Positions 41,270-47,256 of a stretch of 47,256 nucleotides of DNA are shown here, piece after piece. The translations under genes and the position numbers were made by a program. Each line of letters begins with the position of its first letter. Within the stretch, counting starts at the first letter, position 1. The DNA comes from Neoconidiobolus thromboides FSU 785 (taxonomy: Eukaryota > Fungi > Entomophthoromycota). The notes beneath the pieces are model-generated. The model made no database searches, was not told where the DNA came from, and saw only the letters and a list, made by a program, of their open reading frames with translations. The stretch is taken from the NCBI GenBank assembly GCA_025603075.1, contig MU626413.1, positions 1 through 47,256 of the forward strand, in the 5' to 3' direction.

Positions 41270-43083
41270 ATAGTTCAATTAATTTCAAAATTTTAAAGTG
41301 AGACTTGAGCTAGTTTTTTAATCGGTATAATTTATACCTTAACCATTTTGCCTTAACGTATTAAACACCTTAACTTTTGTAAGTCAATATAGTATATAGT
41401 TTCAATTCATATTAATACCATTTAGACATACCCCTTACCTTTACTCATTCTTTAGGCATACTTTCTTAATATTCCTTATCTGAGAGTTTTACCAATATCA
41501 AAATTAATTTTTATCCCTCTTAAAGTTAATTATACCCTAATTTTAACGATTATAAACTTACTTTTCAATAAGTTATTTATTTTTTAAGGGTAAAAATCCT
41601 CTCTTTTTTACTACTTTTTTTTATAACTTTATCTGCTATTTATTATATTATTATTAGTACTAAAAGAATAAAAGAAAATAAGAACATTATTTATACTGTA
41701 TGGAACACCAAACTAGTTTTTTTAGTTTAGCTCCGTTAATTCGATTAATTCAATTTGTTTGTTTATAGTATTATTTAATAAAATTAATTTTTGAACGAAA
41801 GTAGTGAAGTATAACGCTATCATTACTTTTAATATTACAAATCAAACTAGTAATATATGTCAAACTTAACTAATGATACTTTTCATTTGCTAAAGATCAT
41901 ACTAATAAAAGCTTCTGTAATTTTTAATAGGGAATCTGATTTACCACCTTAAATTTTGTCTTTCATTCAGTTTTTGGTTACAAAGTAAAAAAGCTTGTAT
42001 CCCACTGCAATCACCTTTTTTAGTAATTTGTTAATAAGCAATTAATTAGCCTAAAGATAGCTAAGAGATATTGAATTGTATAATAGTGAGTGATAACAAG
42101 CAACAAATTAATACACAATTAAAGTTTAGAAAAATTTTATAACTTTGTATGCTTCTTAAGTTAAACTATATTTGTGATGGTAATTTTTTTGATATGGTGT
42201 AAAAAACTCTTCTTTTCTAAAGAAACTAAAGTATTAGGTTGGCATTAAACTTTTGTGTTGTTAAAGTTTGTTTAATAGTCAATATAAGCTAAACTCTCAT
42301 TTCTTCATCTTCTGTTAAATAGTATAGATAATATAATTTATAAAGAAATGGCTGTTAGAATAATTTATGTGGGTCAAAATAAAAATGGATTTAGCTTAAA
42401 AATAATTATAAAAGCCAATTCAATATAGTTATGGAACTAAATATTGTCTCAACATTTTTTTTGTTTTTTATTTTTTGACCCTCTTTTATTATTTTATCAC
42501 AAAAAAATTATAAAACTAGTGGAGAAATATTTAAATTTAAGCTTAAGGCATTTTTTTTGGGTAGAAATTTAAGAGGAGTTCGGCTTTCCAACCTTGTTTT
42601 TTACACACATTATTTTATAATAATATGAATTTTAAGTAGGTTAAATGCTAGTTTTCATAGCTGATAAGTTTTAAATGTTTAAATGCTGTTTATTTAATTT
42701 TAATGTTTTTAAATTTTTTTATAATACAATTTATTTTAGATCATTTTAACCCTATTCTTGTTCTAATTGAATAATAATTCTAATTTGGATTCAATCTTCA
42801 AATAGATTTATACGTATACAAATATACAAATATATTGAATCGAAATAAAATAAGGTACTATTAATAGCGAAATAAATGTTATTAAAAAATTTAATAGCTT
42901 TTAACAAATCTGGTATATAAACAAAATAAAATATTTAAACTTAACTAAGACCATGTGATCCTGCTAAACATAAGGTTTGATTGGTTGTAACAATAAATGC
43001 ATTTTGCTTTTATAAGTTAAAAATAAACAACCGATTGAGCAATTTTTCTTTAAAGAAAGAGTTAGGAGGTACTTAACTTTCTT

Positions 43084-46000
43084 ATGAAAAGGACACGTAA
43101 TTTAAGTAATAAGCCAAAATACTCAGGTTTTTTTTCAGATATAAATGACATATTAGATGGAAAAGAAACAAATAATAATAAAAATAAGAGGAGATCATCA
43201 AAGAGGAAAAAAGGTTTATTTAATGGAGATACTAATGAAGACCAGGAGTTACACGAGTCATCGGATAATTCACTAGATATTAAAGAAGATGAGCCTGAAA
43301 TTGAAGACAAATCAGAATCAGAAGACAGCATTATCTCAATACAAAAAAGTAAAAAGATCCCTGAACCTAAAGATAAAAAACAAAAAAAAAGACATTTAAA
43401 AAATGAAATTAAAGAGCGTGCTATCGATGACATTGATATCAATCAAAAGTTGAGCATTAAAGTCAACGATTTAGTGAGCAACAATACAAAGGCAGGTTCT
43501 AATAAAAAAATAAACAATGCTGGTAATTTTTATTTTAAAATTTAAGTTTATCTTATAAGTTTGAAATAGAAGGAAAGGATGAAGTTATAACTAAACCAAT
43601 TCCTATACCTAGTTATAGACCTTTTGATATTTATAACTACCTTAAATTTGATGATCCAGAACTTGAGGACGGGGATTCAAGGGTTATTTTTGTTAGGCCA
43701 AAGAATCATTATCTTAGAGCTAACGGTAATTTCCTTTTCTAATTTATTATTTATGTTTAATGTTTCCAGAATTAATTCCTGAGTCTAAGTTAGCAGTAGA
43801 ATATGACCTTGATCTTGAAGGTAATTTATATTGAAATTAAGTTTTTTATATTTTTATATTTTAAAGATAAGGCATGGTTAGAAGTAATTTGTGAAAAATT
43901 AGAAATCAATACTGAGGTTTTAGATATGGAGGAAATATTTGAATTATTCATGGATAGGATTGAAAAAAACTGGTTTATTCATGTAAGCAAGCTAAGCATT
44001 GATATGACAAACAATAACATCCTTTTAGAGTAAACAAACAGAAAAACAAAATAAATTTCGAACTAGTGAGCTTAATCCAGATACTCCTTGTGAGATTTGT
44101 AAAGAAACTGATTGCGAAAATAGCAACGCTATAATATTCTGTGATGGTTGTGATTTAGCTGTACATCAGGGTACTTATCTTTGTTTTTATAACCTTAATA
44201 CTAATATTCAGATTGTTATGGTGTACCTTACATACCTGAAGGACAATGGCTTTGTAGAAAATGTATAGTTTCTCCTTCCAACCCAGTGGTAATGTTTTTT
44301 AGTTTTTTAAATAGCTGTATTAATAAGAAGACCTGTATTCTTTGCCCTAATGAAGGAGGGGCATTTAAACAAACTGGATTAAATTCTTGGGCTCATGTTT
44401 TATGCGCCATATGGATCCCAGAAGTTTCTTTTGGCAGCAGCGTATACATTGAACCAATCGAAGGTGTCGACACTATTCCCAAAAGTCGATGGAAATTGGT
44501 ATTTTTTTAATTACTATTTTTTTCACAACTAAGTTTTTAGATATGCTATCTGTGTAAACAACGTAAAGGAGCATGTGTGCAATGTTCAGTAAAATCTTGC
44601 TCTGCTTCTTTTCATGTGACATGTGCTTTTTTTGCAAAGTTTACTATGAAATATAAAGTTATGCCAGACTCACTTTCAACAAAACCCTATTGCCATAGAC
44701 ATGTCTCTGTAAGTGCTGTTCGTGTGGTTTGTAATAATATTTAACTTTTCAAAATAGAAAGATAATAAAGACCAAGCTGATATTCAAGAAGTACAAGGGT
44801 ATTTTGCCAAAAAATTCAGTCCTAAGAAAGTTCATAAGAAAGACTCTAAATATGGTAGTTACTTTGTTAAAATAAATATTTGTTTATATTGAATTAAATT
44901 TAAGCAGCAGTATTCAAAACTTCAAGCTCTAAAGCTGCTATTGCTCACCAACAAGCAATTGATCCAAGTCCTGAAATAATATCCATGGACGTATTTCATC
45001 ATATTATCAGTACTGAAACAGAAGTAAAGACTCGAAAAAAAAATCAAATTTTATTAGAAATTTGTAAATATTGGACCCTTAAAAAGGGAGAATATAGGAA
45101 TGTTCCATTTATTAGACGGTTACATTTGGAGGTAGTTTTGATAGTTAGTTATTTAACTTTTATTTAACCTTAAATCAGCCTTGGACAGCTTCTACACCCC
45201 TGCAATCCGAAGAAGAGAAAGTCATTATATACGAAGTAATTATTTATTAATTTAAATTATAAATGATTTAACTTTTAAAGAATTTGGTTAATATTAAAGA
45301 TGGCCTCGAGAAAGTTCAAAAAATTACCTCTTTAATAAGGCAAAGGGAGGCCTACAAGTTAGAGCTGATTAGATATCGATATAATTATTGGGAAAGTTTC
45401 TTATTTCCAATGACAAAATATTTTAGAAGTGTACTCCTAAAACTAATAAGGTAAATTTAGTCTATTTCTAGTAATAATTCTTAACTAATTTTAGTGATGA
45501 TAAAACATTTATATTTACCCAACCCGTGAGTAAAGAACAAGCCCCAGATTATCATAATTACATTAAAAATCCAATGGACTTTGCAACTCTATCCTCTCTT
45601 GTTGATAATCATGAAGTTCGTGACTTGAATACATTTAAAGTAACAGATAATAATTAACTATGTTTCATTTAAACTCATGTTTAGGAAAAACTACTTTTGA
45701 TTTTCTCAAATTGTATGTTCTACAACGATGATAAATCAATCTATTATAAGACAGCTGCCAAATTCAAAAAAAATGCATTGACAATGCTAAGCAACATTCA
45801 AAAAGAAATATCACGCTTAGATATTGATAGTGATACAGGGTTTTTAAATGTTAGGTTTGACACTGAAGCAGCATTTTCAAGCAATAAAATACGTCAAGAT
45901 GAAGAAAGTAATAATGAGCTATCAGAAGAAGACATAGTCATTTCTGGACATGACACTCCTAACTTTAAAGAAACTGATAACGACATATTATATTCTCTTG

Positions 46001-46128
46001 ACACTATTGAAGAAAAATGTAATGCCCAAGCCACCCAATCAGAAAATCAAAATATGGATAAAGTTCCTGAGGAGTTGATTATATCACCAATATCACCACA
46101 AAACGAAATTTCTTTAAATAAAAAGTAA
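43084..46128 (+). CDS. Nto1/BRPF1-like histone acetyltransferase scaffold (EPc-like, PHD-Zn knuckle-PHD, bromodomain), multi-exon
   Basis: [13 protein letters not shown]; [45 protein letters not shown]; [14 protein letters not shown]...[13 protein letters not shown]; bromodomain [21 protein letters not shown]. The exact 3' end is uncertain (a short extra exon is possible). Confidence 0.9.
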
Positions 46129-46401
46129 TTATTTTAATTAATAAGAAAAATTTTAAATTTTTTAAGTGAAACTGATGAGGAGGATTAATTATACCAAAGG
46201 TTGAAATAGTAAAGTCTTGGTGATAAAACAATAGTAAAAATAATAATTTTATATAACTTTTAATTAATAAACACATAAAATTTTAAGTTTAAAATTTAAG
46301 GCTGGGCTAAGGTGTAAAAGTGATTGAAATTTTTATAAATAAAAGTGTAAATGGTTATAGCTCTATAGTATTATAAAATAGATGCTTTTAATTTCAGATA
46401 T

Positions 46402-47256
46402 GGGGCTGTCCTAATTGGTTTCAGAATCTACTTAGAAATTAATCCAAATTTAAAATTTCAAGTTTGTGTCCAATATAACGGTTAAATCTAAAAAGCCTAA
46501 AATTAAATGTCTCTATTTAAAACTTATTTTAATTGTTTCCTTTTCTTAAATAGCTAATTTTCCTAACTATATATTTTGTGTTAGTTCTGTTAGATATTTA
46601 ACAAATATATAATATATAACTATATGATTATATAATTATATAAATACAGTTATTTGACTTTATTTTTTGTTAAAATAAAAATAAAATGCAAACTTTCATA
46701 ACTAAACTTCGAAATGGAATTTTTGAAAATTTCAATACAATAGGGAGGAGTACACAATACAAACATTATAATTCATTTACATCAATTTTAAGAGCTACTT
46801 ATAACAACCCAAGGTTTATGGAATTTTATAATAAAACAAAACAAAGAAAAGATATATTATCAAAGTTTACTATCGATAATAATAAACTTAATCAAGTAAT
46901 GTATAAATTAGTGCTTTAAGGGAAATAGGAAATAAAAATCAGCAAGTAGCGTTATTATCAACTACAGCTTCAGTATATTCTTTTGATGAATGTAAGAGTT
47001 TTGGGTTTAATATAAATAGAAATCAATATGATTATTCAAAAATAAGTAATAATAGTAATAAAATATCAAGATTACAACCTATTATTAAAAATACAAAAAA
47101 AATTAAAGATGACCAAATTGAAACTATCATACAATATTTACTAAATGATTCAACTATTTCATCAAGATTTAATAAAAAAAATAATGATAGTAAATATTCA
47201 TCAGATAATATATATATATTAAATAAAAGTAGAAGAATGATATATAGTAAATATTT
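46402..47256 (+). mobile_element. Left end of a putative autonomous DNA transposon (Sola2-like)
   Basis: ATAT followed by GGGGCTGT (7/8 match to MITE terminus GGGGATGT), 284 bp upstream of a spliced ORF. The right end lies outside the window. Confidence 0.5.
46686..47256 (+). CDS. Putative transposase N-terminus (2 exons, truncated by window end)
   Basis: Exon 1 46686-46895; 47-nt intron GTAATG...AATCAG (46896-46942); exon 2 open for 104 codons to the window end in very AT-rich DNA: QVALLSTTASVYSFDECKSFGFNINRNQYDYSK...IETIIQYLLNDSTISSR...YILNKSRRMIYSKY. Confidence 0.55.

Noticed and set aside
43062-43442. Antisense 126-aa ORF over NTO1-like exon 1 (also 19921-20172 over the LIM gene and 17869-18069)
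   Set aside because: Shadows of low-complexity coding or repeat sequence.
46896-46920. 25-nt intron ending at TTTAAG in the edge ORF
   Set aside because: Too short for this genome and leads to GGA AAT AGG AAA TAA. The 47-nt intron ending at CAG 46942 gives the long open frame.

Overview
AT-rich, intron-dense eukaryotic DNA. Short (~45-80 nt) spliceosomal introns and fungal-type Ras2, Ran1 kinase and Gpi1 point to an early-diverging fungus; an Entomophthoromycotina/Zoopagomycota-like source is my inference only. About 13 recognisable genes are present: PRXL2-like redoxin, ISD11, GCV2, PRP16, a CEP95/DUF5745-like protein, a Pcl-type cyclin, a LIM protein, two tandem DUF4112 genes, a Ran1/Pat1 kinase, GPI1, RAS2-like and NTO1/BRPF-like. 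They are separated by gene-poor tracts with decayed F-box/LRR genes. Main discovery: a ~98-bp MITE family with 9 full and about 2 partial copies, GGGGATGT...ACATCCCC terminal inverted repeats and 4-bp AT-rich target-site duplications (ATAT, TAAT, AAAT). One copy demonstrably interrupts an F-box motif. At the right edge, ATAT-GGGGCTGT is followed by an intron-containing ORF resembling a Sola2-type transposase N-terminus, a candidate autonomous partner. Splicing oddities: an apparently obligatory 2-nt micro-exon in RAS2, a GC-AG intron in PRP16 and frequent AAG acceptors. All alignments and family calls were made by eye, with no database searches.
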